From Lingula anatina (lineage: Eukaryota; Animalia; Brachiopoda), in NCBI GenBank assembly GCA_051362555.1, contig CM120640.1, forward strand, positions 63,590,788-63,654,787: a stretch of 64,000 nucleotides of DNA, given 5' to 3'. The notes under the pieces were generated by a model. The model was not told where the DNA came from, made no database searches, and saw only the letters and a program-made list of their open reading frames with translations. Both the position numbers and the translations under genes were made by a program. Each line of letters opens with the position of its first letter. Positions within the stretch are counted from its first letter, which is position 1. Below, one piece after another: positions 63,789-64,000 of this stretch.

Positions 63789-64000
63789 GTAAGTGTCTAT
63801 TTAGCCTTGTGTAAAGACATCTTAGATTTTGTGTGAAGCAGGCAGGCATGGATGTGTGTATGCATATGCATATGCACATTCGCACATCTGCTGACTGATA
63901 AGTATCAGTTAGTTGCATTGCTGATGTTCCTTGGTGTGATCTTGCTACCTCTTCCTGTACTTCCTTCAATGCTAGTTGTTTGTGACAGCTCGACATATAG

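Overview
AT-rich, intron-rich animal genomic DNA, most likely a marine invertebrate; the repeat types suggest a mollusc or other lophotrochozoan (inference). Six spliced genes were reconstructed by hand. They are the 3' end of TMTC4 (+), a complete ~34-exon RRP12 (+), an unnamed 291-aa type-I membrane protein (-), a 551-aa coiled-coil protein (-), a divergent COX6A (-) and, head-to-head with COX6A, the 5' part of the kinase RSKR/S6KL (+). The membrane protein has two three-finger (LU/Ly6-like) domains and a tail ending in an ITAM-spaced YxxL-x7-YxxL motif. The rest of the window is dense with mobile DNA: a young L1/Tx1-type LINE with TSD and poly(A), an L2 remnant, Harbinger-, hAT-, Kolobok- and MULE-like MITEs, and nested AcademH-like elements carrying a RecQ-helicase motif-I fragment. 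A ~16-kb gene-free block (33.4-49.1 kb) is built from Helentron/HINE-like elements with ~162-bp internal satellites, in inverted and tandem arrangement. Most short ORFs in the supplied track are exon overlaps or repeat artefacts. All coordinates were read by eye and no database searches were run.
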